From: Sedimentisphaerales bacterium
GTDB taxonomy: Bacteria > Planctomycetota > Phycisphaerae > Sedimentisphaerales > SM23-30
Direction of reading: 5' to 3'
NCBI GenBank assembly: GCA_963663965.2
Contig: CAXXFK010000019.1
Coordinates: 64,001-128,000, forward strand
DNA: 64,000 nucleotides
Each line of letters begins with the position of its first letter. Position 1 is the first letter of the stretch. Shown here piece by piece: positions 20,938-29,839 of the stretch. The notes under the pieces are model-generated. The model searched no databases. It saw only the letters and a program-made list of their open reading frames with translations, and was not told where the DNA came from. The position numbers were made by a program, and so were the translations under genes.

Positions 20938-21684
20938 TCATTTTTGAATGAGTCCTTCCGATACTGAAGTTTTACTGCGGGTTTCGATATTCATAATTTT
21001 CTGCCAGATCTTTCGGCTCATACCATTGGCGAGATTTTCCAGGTCGTTTACCGATTCTACAGCTATGGGATCGTGGTAGTCCTGTACGTAGAGAAAACCC
21101 ACCTGGCTGATCAATGAAAGCATTTCAGAACAATAATCCAGATAACGTCCTAATTGAAAACTGTCAAAATTTCGTTCCGGAGAATGACTGGTTCGTATAC
21201 GGTTTGCCGGGGTATCCGCGTAACATGGGTCTTTCGTCAACTGATGAGCGTCGATAATATGGGCTAATGAACGCAGCGTATTGATTGCTTTAATTACCTT
21301 CTTCCGTTTCGATCGGTTTTCAATGGAAACCAGGAATACGACTGCACCACCTGACAGTAAAATAATATTAAAGGCGGCTTCAAGAATAGTAACCAGATCT
21401 GATAACGTCATTATTCCTTCATGTGGTCGCACATGAGTGACTCCAATTCCGGCCAGAGTTAATACGGCTATGACAAATGCTGCCACCAACAATCGATAGC
21501 CATAATTCACTTTTTTAATCAATGTTATCGTTTCGTTGCTTTTGCGGGCAACGGCCAATAAATTACCACACGTGAATCCCAATCCGCTGGATGGAAATCG
21601 CTCTTCGATACGTATCTTCAGTATTTGGATGGTATCAGCAATTTTTTTGCCATCCAGTCGAACAGGATCTTTTTTGTTAATCAT
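20938..21684 (-). CDS. Conserved hypothetical membrane protein
   Basis: Two TM segments, RIEERFP..GL, LRSLAHIIDAHQLTKDP, RYLDYCSEMLSL, RKIWQKI. Confidence 0.7.
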   Translation of the reverse strand: MINKKDPVRLDGKKIADTIQILKIRIEERFPSSGLGFTCGNLLAVARKSNETITLIKKVNYGYRLLVAAFVIAVLTLAGIGVTHVRPHEGIMTLSDLVTILEAAFNIILLSGGAVVFLVSIENRSKRKKVIKAINTLRSLAHIIDAHQLTKDPCYADTPANRIRTSHSPERNFDSFQLGRYLDYCSEMLSLISQVGFLYVQDYHDPIAVESVNDLENLANGMSRKIWQKIMNIETRSKTSVSEGLIQK

Positions 21685-22964
21685 TAACGATCATCCTTTT
21701 TTGATGAACGGGTTGAATTGAGACACCTGATTTTACTTAAAGTTCGCAGATACATACAGTTATTCGCAATAGCGATGGAAGCCTGGGTTTTTTCGCCCAG
21801 ATCGACTATTCCTGAAAGCTGATATTTATCGCCAGCTTCGATCATAACAACTAGACCATCCATATCCATGCAATAGATTTTTCCGTCAACAAAAACTGGA
21901 GAACTGTAATACCGCCCTGCCGGTCTGGCGGTCCAAATTAACTGACCGTTACTGGCATTGAGACAACTTACCGGGCCGGTATCATGAAAGAGGAAAAGCC
22001 GATCATTTACATAAATTGCTGTCGGGACATAGGGTAAATATTTTTCCGACAGGGTGTAAGCAATGGATGGTTTACCATTGATGATCTTACTGGTATCGAT
22101 TGCAGTTAATTGTTTGGCGCTGCTGCCGGCGCCACAGGTATTAATAATTAAATTGCCGGCAAGGATCGGGCAACTGACGACTCGTGCGGGTAGCGCGTCT
22201 GTCATTTCCCAGGCTACCTGACCATCAGCGGGATTTATGGCGCTGATGCCATGGCGACTACTGGAAAAAATCAACCAGTCCTGTTTATTGCTATTGGTGA
22301 ATACACAGGGGGTAGAGTAAGAGGCCTGACTGGTGTCGCCCCGAGGTAAAGTCCATTTGATCTGGCCAGTTTTGGTATCGACGGCGTACCAGTGGCTCTG
22401 GTTGGGGCCGGCACTTTCATTTTGCTCGAGGGTGAAAACCAGCATATCCTGATAAACTATCAATGACGCACTGGGGCCGTGGGTGAGTCTGGCTGGTTCA
22501 AATTCGGTTTGCCATAAATCCTTACCTGTGTGTGAGTAGGCCAATAACATGGTTTTGTCATCATCGTACCAGAGGGTATAGACATTTTTTTCATCTGCTG
22601 TGGGTGTGCTGGTGGCCGGCAGGTTCAAACTGTTCATACGTGGGGAGTTAAGGGCGATTCCTTTACGCCAGAGTTCCTGACCGGTTGAGGTTGTCAGCGC
22701 AAGTACGTAGCCGGTATTGCGGTCTTTTGAGGCGCAGGTGACATAAACGATATCGTTCATTACGATCGGTGAAGAGTGGCCGACACCTGGAAGAGACACT
22801 GTCCAGGCATAATCTTTTTCTGACCAGGATGTTGGGAATCCCTGGCCAGAGCCTATGCCCTGACCATTGGGGCCACGGAAGCGCGGCCAGTTTTCGGCGT
22901 TGCACCAGCTGGCGATAACTATCATGAAGAGGATGATAAACCTGGTTGGTGACATTGTTTTCAT
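21684..22964 (-). CDS. Secreted PQQ-like/BamB beta-propeller protein
   Basis: Signal peptide, NWPRFRGP.G.G, G.GHSSP, TG..LW repeats, S.P motifs. Confidence 0.85.
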   Translation of the reverse strand: MKTMSPTRFIILFMIVIASWCNAENWPRFRGPNGQGIGSGQGFPTSWSEKDYAWTVSLPGVGHSSPIVMNDIVYVTCASKDRNTGYVLALTTSTGQELWRKGIALNSPRMNSLNLPATSTPTADEKNVYTLWYDDDKTMLLAYSHTGKDLWQTEFEPARLTHGPSASLIVYQDMLVFTLEQNESAGPNQSHWYAVDTKTGQIKWTLPRGDTSQASYSTPCVFTNSNKQDWLIFSSSRHGISAINPADGQVAWEMTDALPARVVSCPILAGNLIINTCGAGSSAKQLTAIDTSKIINGKPSIAYTLSEKYLPYVPTAIYVNDRLFLFHDTGPVSCLNASNGQLIWTARPAGRYYSSPVFVDGKIYCMDMDGLVVMIEAGDKYQLSGIVDLGEKTQASIAIANNCMYLRTLSKIRCLNSTRSSKKDDR

Positions 22965-23022
22965 CAGAAACTCCAGTGAGACAATTTTTCTGGGACAGAT
23001 CCAGACAATTCCTACTTATTCT

Positions 23023-23892
23023 TTAATCGCTGGTTTTAGCTTTTGAAGCGGAACAGCGGTCGAAAAATTCGAGAATTTTACTTTGATAGAAGGGCTGATA
23101 AAACGCTTCGGTGTGTTCGGCGCCTTCCTGAAGCCAGAGTTCGGCGTGCTTTCCCGCTTTATCGCTAAGCATCTGACTATGTTGCCAGGGAATAACCTGG
23201 TCTTCGGTACCGTGAATAAAGACCAGTGGGATATCGATTTTGTCCAGTGAATCGACCGGGTCGTATCCAGCGCTGATCAGCCAGTTTACGATTGGTTTTT
23301 TGAACCATCCAATCAGGGGAATCTGGCCGGCTTTTTCTTCGGCGATTTTGCGGTAGGAATAAAAGGTTGAATCAATTACTGCGCCAAGCACACCCTGGCA
23401 GCCATCTTCGGCCAGGGCAGCCAGCGCGTTGGCGCCGCCTAAACTTTGTCCGATGACCAGCAGTTTGTTCTGGTCGATATCCCGGCGTTGTCGAATGGTT
23501 CGTAACGCCGCTACTGAATCCTGATGGATACCGGCGCGCGAAACCGTACCTTCTGACTGGCCGTAGCCACGATAATCAAAGACAAATAGATTGTAACCGG
23601 CGGGTACCAGCCAGATGACATATTCAAAATGGCTGGTCATATTCTGGGCGTTGCCATGAAAATGAATAATTGTGCCTTTGGTTTGGTCTTCCGGATAGGT
23701 GGCTTTGATAAACCAGCCATGCAATTTAGTCCCATCGGCGCTTTCGAAATGGATATCTTCATAATCGATACCATGATCCTGAGGGGCGCCATAGATCTGA
23801 CGGGTCGGATAATAAAAACTCTTGTCCATACAGCCCTTACAAACCAGTACCATTGCTACTGCTGTTGTCGCAATGAATACGATGCGTTTCAT
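23023..23892 (-). CDS. Alpha/beta hydrolase lipoprotein (YfhR/ABHD13-like)
   Basis: DGTKLHGWF, HFHGNAQN, FDYRGYG.S.G, GQSLGG, IHGTEDQVIP. Confidence 0.85.
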   Translation of the reverse strand: MKRIVFIATTAVAMVLVCKGCMDKSFYYPTRQIYGAPQDHGIDYEDIHFESADGTKLHGWFIKATYPEDQTKGTIIHFHGNAQNMTSHFEYVIWLVPAGYNLFVFDYRGYGQSEGTVSRAGIHQDSVAALRTIRQRRDIDQNKLLVIGQSLGGANALAALAEDGCQGVLGAVIDSTFYSYRKIAEEKAGQIPLIGWFKKPIVNWLISAGYDPVDSLDKIDIPLVFIHGTEDQVIPWQHSQMLSDKAGKHAELWLQEGAEHTEAFYQPFYQSKILEFFDRCSASKAKTSD

Positions 23893-24160
23893 TTTTGGTT
23901 TTCTATTCACCTGCAATAGGTCCTTTTTGATGCCAGATTTATCATATGCCATGCTAACGTAATGATCAAGGGGTTTATTACCCGGGGAGTAGTTCAGGTT
24001 CTGATAACTTGAAACGGGATTGGAATTGATTAGTTGTCTTAGGGGATTTAGCTGCCTATTATTAAACAGCCACCGACCTTAACAGTACTGGTGGGACCAG
24101 AAATTGTGTTTATGTTATTTGATCTATAAACCGATAAAACAAGAGGGCTTAGCAATGGCA

Positions 24161-26022
24161 ATGGCACTCAAAAAGAACTTGGCATGCTGGATGTGTTTTG
24201 CATCGCCACTGGCGCGATGATCAGTTCGGGTATTTTTGTATTACCCGGACTGGCTCATGCCATGGCGGGGCCTGCGGTGATCGTGTCTTATTTTCTGGCG
24301 GGTCTGCTGGCGATGATCGGTATGCTGCACGCGGCGGAACTGGCAACGGCGATGCCGCGGGCGGGTGGTGATTATTTTTTTATTACCCGGACGTTAGGTC
24401 CGGCCGTGGGATCGGTGGCCGGATTGATTTTCTGGCTGACGCTGACTTTGAAAAGCGCCTTTGCGATTGTGGGTATGACGGCATTTGTCCGAATGCTGAT
24501 TGATTTGAATGTGGCGGTCGCGGGGATACCGCTATGCGCGTTGTTTGTGGGTTTGAATCTGGCAGGCAGCCGCCATGTCGGACGTTTTCAGGTGGTACTG
24601 GTTCTACTTTTGCTGGCATCCATGGTGTATTATATTATCAGGGGTTTTCCAGCCATCGCGGTGGAAAATCTGAAACCCTTTGCTCCCCACGGTTTTGACC
24701 GGGTTCTGGCGACGGCTGGATTTGTATTTGTGGCGTATGGCGGTTTGATCAAGACCTCGGGAGTGGCGGGGGAAGTTCGTAATCCGGCGAGGGTGATTCC
24801 GATATCAATGACCCTGTCTCTGATTATTGTCATGCTGTTATATCTGTTGATGATCCTGGTCACAACAGGTGTTTTAAGTTCGGAGCAACTGGACAATTCA
24901 CTGACGCCTATCACCGATGGGGCGCGCCAGTTTATGGGCAAAGCGGGGGTTGCGATAGTCAGTCTGGCGGCGGCGCTATCATTTATTACGACGGCTAATG
25001 CCGGTTTTATGGCAGCTTCGCGCTATCTTTACGCGTTAAGTCACGATGAGTTGCTGCCGGCAGGCTTAAGCCGATTGACCAGCCGGACGCGGACGCCGTG
25101 GATTGCGGTAGTGGTGACGGGTGTGGCGGCATCGGTGGCGCTGTTTTTGAAACTGGATATTCTGGTGGAAACGGCCTCACTGGTATTAATCCTGGGCTTT
25201 ACCCTGTCGTGCGTGTGTGTGATTGTATTACGGGAGAGCCATGTCCAGAATTATCGTCCCAGTTTTCAGGCACCATTTTATCCGTGGCTGCCGCTGGCGG
25301 GGATATTGGGATATGTGTTACTGATTTTTGAGATTGGCATTGAGGCGTATTATATCTGCGCGATTCTGCTGTTGCTGGGTATTACGAATTACTGGTTATA
25401 TGGCCGGCGGCGGGTACGGCGGGATTATGCACTGCTGCATTTGATCGAGCGTCTAACTTCACGTGAACTGGTGACAGGTACTCTTGAACGGGAGCTGAAA
25501 CATATTGTTCGTGAGCGCGATGAGATTGTCGTTGACCGGCTGGATCAGATGATTGCCAATTGCCCGGTATTGGATATTGAAGAGCAGATCGATGTTGAGG
25601 CGTGTTTTGACCAATTGGCCGATGTTCTGGCGGACCGGCTGAATATGGATCATGACCGGGTGGCCCGGTTGTTTACGGATCGGGAACAGGAGGCCTCGAC
25701 GGTTTTGAATGATTTTATCGCGATCCCTCATATTGTGATTCCGGGGAGCGGCAGTTTTCATATCGCACTGGTACGGGCGCGAGGAGGGATCCGGTTTGCG
25801 GGTAATGACAAACCGGTTCATGCGTTGTTTGCGTTGCTGGGCACGCGCGATGAGCGGAATCTGCATTTGCGGGTTCTGGCGGCGGTGGCCCAGTTGGTAC
25901 AGGAGCCGGATTTTGAACAGCGCTGGCTCAACGCCCGGGATGAACAGGGGATCCGTGATGTGATCCTGCTGGGCCGGCGGTTGCGCGGGCACCTGGGTGG
26001 GCCGGATGTGGTTATGGTGTAA
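24161..26022 (+). CDS. APC-family amino acid permease fused to a C-terminal PTS EIIA(Ntr/Fru)-like domain, with a 5' homopolymer frameshift
   Basis: GAMISSGIF.LPG, AELATAMP.AGG.Y, E..NP...IP, then F.DRE...ST...IAIPH and H.R.LA. The natural start MALKK-ELGM needs one more A in the A5 run at 24170-24174. Confidence 0.85.
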
Positions 26023-26026
26023 AGGT

Positions 26027-27544
26027 TCAGGGCGTGGCGTCAGCGGTCTGGATCGCGTAGAGGTCGCGGCGCGTGGCGATGTATAAAACGCCATTGGCCG
26101 CGACGGGAGTACTGCTAATAGGGGCGTCAAATCGTACCTGGTCGAGGACCTGTTTTTCTTTACTGGCAGCCAGAATCCAGAATTCGCTGCGATGGGTGCC
26201 GACGTAGACTTTGCCGTCAGCAACCAGGGTTGAACCCCAGATTTCACCTTTGAGTTCGTGGGTCCAGAAGGGTTGGCCGGTTTCGGGATCGAGGCAATGG
26301 AGGGTACCGCCACAATCGCTCATGAACAGGAGACCATCGCGAATGGAGACCGAGGTACAGCAATGGTGATTCATGGGATAGGACCAGAGACGGGCGGAGT
26401 GGGTTATGTCGCCGGTCTGGGCGGCATCGACACAGATAAGCCAGGACTGGCGTTTGCCCCACCAGATATCGCCGCCGACGGTGACATAGATCCGGTTTTT
26501 ATAAAAGACCGGTGTACTCAGGATGTTGCTGGGGCCTTCCTGGCGGTTGCGATAATGACTGCGGACATCGACTTTTGGTGCAGTGGGATCGCAATCGAAG
26601 CGCCAGGCGAGTTCCAGGGGCAGAGGTGAAGCAGGCGAAAGACCGGGCTTCAGGGCTTTGAAGGTGTAGCAGATACCATCGCCGCCGCCGAAGCAAACCA
26701 AGCGCTGTCCGTTTACTTCGGAAAGCGCCGGTGAGGACCAAGTTGAGTGGAAGATATTGGGGCCGATTCGTTCGGTATCCCAGGCGACCAGATGGCCGGT
26801 GTGTTTATTGAGGACGATCAGACTGGGGGCATCGGGTTTTTGGATGGTTTGATGGGTGTTATCGACGCCGTTGCAGGTGTTTAGATAAAGGTAATCGCCA
26901 TCGATCAGGATGGAGGCATGAGCGGAGTCGTGGGGATAGGTGCCGGCGTCAGCCGGCATGTCGAAGAGCCAGATGATATCGGCGTCGAGTGGTGTAACGG
27001 AGAGGGGCTCATCATCGGCGGGTGTCATGTGGCGGCCTTCATCGAGGTAGGGGCCGTCGTTACCATTGGTCTGGCCGTTGAGGTCGAGACAGACCACTTC
27101 GAACCGGTTGGTGACTGTATAGGCGCGGTCGCCTTCGATGGTCGCAGGTGAACAGATGGAGATTTTGGGCCAGTCTTTATAGATATCGCCGGGAATGCGT
27201 GGGACGACCAGTTGCCAATTGAGATCGCCGTTGGCTTCGTTTAGACAGAGCAAAACGCCGCGGTCGCCTTTGTGGCGGGTGTCACGCGGTTTGGCGTTGT
27301 TCGCGCCGATGAATACTTTTCCGGCGGCGATGGTTGGGGTGCTGTAGGCGTCGGTGCCCAGTGAAACTTTCCATTTAATATCTTTGGTCAGGTCGATGTG
27401 TTGTGGCAGGCCGGTTTCGTCCGAGATCATGTTTCTGGACAGGGCTCGGCCCCATTGCGGGCTGTCCGCAGCGAAGGAGGGCAGGAGCCAGGAAAAACCG
27501 GTTATTATAGCTAACGCCATTGTGAGTCGATAGTTATGGTTCAT
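26027..27544 (-). CDS. Secreted PQQ-like beta-propeller protein
   Basis: Signal peptide, QWG...RNM.S.E, KW...LG...YSTP.IA.G, C.D..TG..W repeats, STPVAANG.LY. Confidence 0.85.
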   Translation of the reverse strand: MNHNYRLTMALAIITGFSWLLPSFAADSPQWGRALSRNMISDETGLPQHIDLTKDIKWKVSLGTDAYSTPTIAAGKVFIGANNAKPRDTRHKGDRGVLLCLNEANGDLNWQLVVPRIPGDIYKDWPKISICSPATIEGDRAYTVTNRFEVVCLDLNGQTNGNDGPYLDEGRHMTPADDEPLSVTPLDADIIWLFDMPADAGTYPHDSAHASILIDGDYLYLNTCNGVDNTHQTIQKPDAPSLIVLNKHTGHLVAWDTERIGPNIFHSTWSSPALSEVNGQRLVCFGGGDGICYTFKALKPGLSPASPLPLELAWRFDCDPTAPKVDVRSHYRNRQEGPSNILSTPVFYKNRIYVTVGGDIWWGKRQSWLICVDAAQTGDITHSARLWSYPMNHHCCTSVSIRDGLLFMSDCGGTLHCLDPETGQPFWTHELKGEIWGSTLVADGKVYVGTHRSEFWILAASKEKQVLDQVRFDAPISSTPVAANGVLYIATRRDLYAIQTADATP

Positions 27545-27684
27545 CAGGCAACTTTCTTATGGTTGGGTGGATCGTGATAGTGGTATTTGTCTTAAATATA
27601 ACTGCGCATAGTGTCTCTCATTGCATCATGGTGTCATGATGATTATAGGGGGCGGCGCGCCTTTATGTTGAAATCAGTAATGGA

Positions 27685-28524
27685 TTATTTCTTTTCCTCC
27701 TGGATGGGGATATCGGCCGGGGGTTTGGTGGGGATGCCGAGGGCGTGGAGGGCTTCTTCGCCGTTCTGCTGGGAGAACGTGTTGAGGGCTTCGTAGCGGT
27801 TGCAGGCGTAACTGAAGACCTGATCGTCAGTTACGCTGTGGTCTTTCATCAATTCGGGCAGGCGGTCTTTGATGTATTCGGGGGCCAATTTGGCTTCGCT
27901 GGGGTGTGTGGGGATTTTGGGGGGATCGGGGATGTGGATGCGGGGCAGGTTGGGAAATGGGTACTCGGGTGGGTAAACATTGGGTTCGTTTGGAACGGGT
28001 TGTAACTGAAGTTGCTGAAGGAGGTTGAGTTTGGCCTGGAAGATTCGATTGAGGTGGGCTTCGTAGCGGGCCAGGCAGTTGAAGGCGGGGGTTTCGAGGG
28101 TGAAGGCCGTGCCGACTTCGTTGTGGCGGGGAAGATAGATACTTGAGTGGGCGAAGGGTTGGTCGATGACGGTGTCTTTGCGGATTTCTTCGTTGGTGAG
28201 GCGGAGTTTATAGACGCGGGCGTCGATCATTTCGGCTTCGATGCGGCCGAGGCGTTCAAGGCGCCAGGCGGCCGAGACGATCTGGTCGGCGATGTGGCGC
28301 TGGAGATAAGTCGTTGGTTTGAGGTCTTGTAACAATGCGGCGCGGAATTCGAGGTAGGTGAGTTCGGACTCGCCGGGGACAATGAGGTGGGCGGGGTCCT
28401 GGCCGCTGAGGCCGTGTTTGATGGCATTCTTTGATGAGATGGCCTTGCCCTCGGGGGTTTTTGGGCCGGTGGATTTCTGGGCGTTACGACGGTTGGCGCG
28501 TAGTCTTCTTAGTGACGATGACAT
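27685..28524 (-). CDS. Uncharacterised protein of the ANRRNAQKSTGP-T-EGK...N..KHGL type
   Basis: AGGAGG RBS, N-terminal ANRRNAQKSTGPKTPEGKAISSKNAIKHGL, W.L.R..R.E, L.RYE..L.R, NEPN, Pro-rich tail. Confidence 0.8.
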   Translation of the reverse strand: MSSSLRRLRANRRNAQKSTGPKTPEGKAISSKNAIKHGLSGQDPAHLIVPGESELTYLEFRAALLQDLKPTTYLQRHIADQIVSAAWRLERLGRIEAEMIDARVYKLRLTNEEIRKDTVIDQPFAHSSIYLPRHNEVGTAFTLETPAFNCLARYEAHLNRIFQAKLNLLQQLQLQPVPNEPNVYPPEYPFPNLPRIHIPDPPKIPTHPSEAKLAPEYIKDRLPELMKDHSVTDDQVFSYACNRYEALNTFSQQNGEEALHALGIPTKPPADIPIQEEKK

Positions 28525-28553
28525 GGTGGGTACCTCCTTGGTTGGGAATTATT

Positions 28554-28592
28554 AATTACGAATTACGAGTTACGAGTTACGAATTACGAATT
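28554..28592. repeat. Tandem heptamer block A(A/G)TTACG x5
   Basis: aattacg aattacg agttacg agttacg aattacg aatt. Confidence 0.9.
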
Positions 28593-28602
28593 TAAAATTG
28601 TG

Positions 28603-29410
28603 GTATCCGCCAAGTGGCGGATGTTCGTTTTATTTTTAGTTAAGCTCAATTCTTGGTTGAGGTTAGGGCGATATTTTTTCATGTTGGGTTTGTTTCGTTT
28701 TATGTTGGTATTCGCTGCGCTCATGGCTGGTTTTATCTTTCGCCTCCGGTGCGAAATCCTGCAGGTACGCCTCTGCGAGGCGTGGGTTTAAAATTTTCTA
28801 CGCTGGTTCGGGTATTCCCGCCAATGAATTGGCGGGCTATGCGCTTTTGATCTCTCCGAGATATTATTTGTATCCGCCATTCGGCGGATGATTTTTTTAT
28901 TTTTCGTTAAGCTCGTTTCATTGTTGGGGTTAGGGCAATATTTTAACCCATTGGCTTTGTTTCGTTTTCTGTTGGTATTCGCTGCGCTCATGGTAAGTTT
29001 TATCTATCTCTTTTGCGAGATATCCTGTCGGTACGCCTCTGCGAGGCGAGGGTTTAAAATTTCAATCTCATGATCGTTACCCAGGGTGGCGCTCGTCCCG
29101 TTATACGGGATTCGCTCTACCCTGGGCTGTTTTATGCCGGCCCGTTGGGCCGCTTTGGGTATCCGCCTGCGGCGGATGTTCGTATAATTTTGGTTAAGTT
29201 TCGTTCGTTGTTCAGGTTAGAGTGATATTTTTTCCTGTTGGCTTTGTTTCGTTTTGTGTTGGTATTCGCTGCTCTCATGTTAGTTTTATCTTTCGCCTCC
29301 GGTGCGAAATCCTGTCGGTACGCCTCTACGAGGCGTGGGTTTAAAATTAAATTTCAATCTCTATCCGGGGCCTTACGGACCCCGGCTAGTTACTTTCGGC
29401 TTTTCAAGCC
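28603..29410. repeat. Array of three ~190-bp direct repeats (28603-28795, 28870-29061, 29159-29348), each followed by a different REP-like hairpin element
   Basis: Each unit reads GTATCCGCC-loop-GGCGGATG...TTAAG...GGTTAG...TTGG(G/C)TTTGTTTCGTTTT.TGTTGGTATTCGCTGC.CTCATG...GGTACGCCTCT.CGAGGCG.GGGTTTAAAATT. Confidence 0.93.
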
Positions 29411-29839
29411 TTTTATGGCTGGGTTGTCGGGTTGTGTCATATTTGTATATCCCATTTCATTCGTATTGTTAAAACAGCCAAAATAAATTGGCTGGTTGGG
29501 CCTGGTTCGTACGCTATCGCACCAAGCCAAGAATGCACCCATAAGCTGCGCTTGAAGGCGCCACGGTTTATGCGCATAAAATCTCTGTAGGCGTGGCCGG
29601 TTGGGTGTGGGGCACACCGGGGGTTCGGGGGCTATTGGGGCGACTTTGGGATTATAGACTGAGTTGTTGTATTAGTCAAAACAAATATTATGTTTTTAAT
29701 TTAAATAACATAAAATTTAAGGTATTATGTTTTTGTGGTAGTTTAGTTTTAGAGGTGAAATTCAGCTGACCTATTCTTAATGGTTTATTAGTTATAGATT
29801 TATGTTGATTTAAGGCGTTGTCAACAAAATAATATACTC

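Noticed and set aside
28603..29410. CRISPR array or classical integron
   Set aside because: Repeats are ~190 bp and the inserts are structured palindromes. There are no cas or intI genes in the window and no clear attC R-box pairs.
28600..29617. Short ORFs over the array (e.g. MSAANTN.KRNK.N on minus; 28600, 28888 and 29238 on plus)
   Set aside because: They are by-products of the repeat. Frames and lengths diverge between units, many changes are non-synonymous and no good RBS is present. Small peptides cannot be fully excluded.
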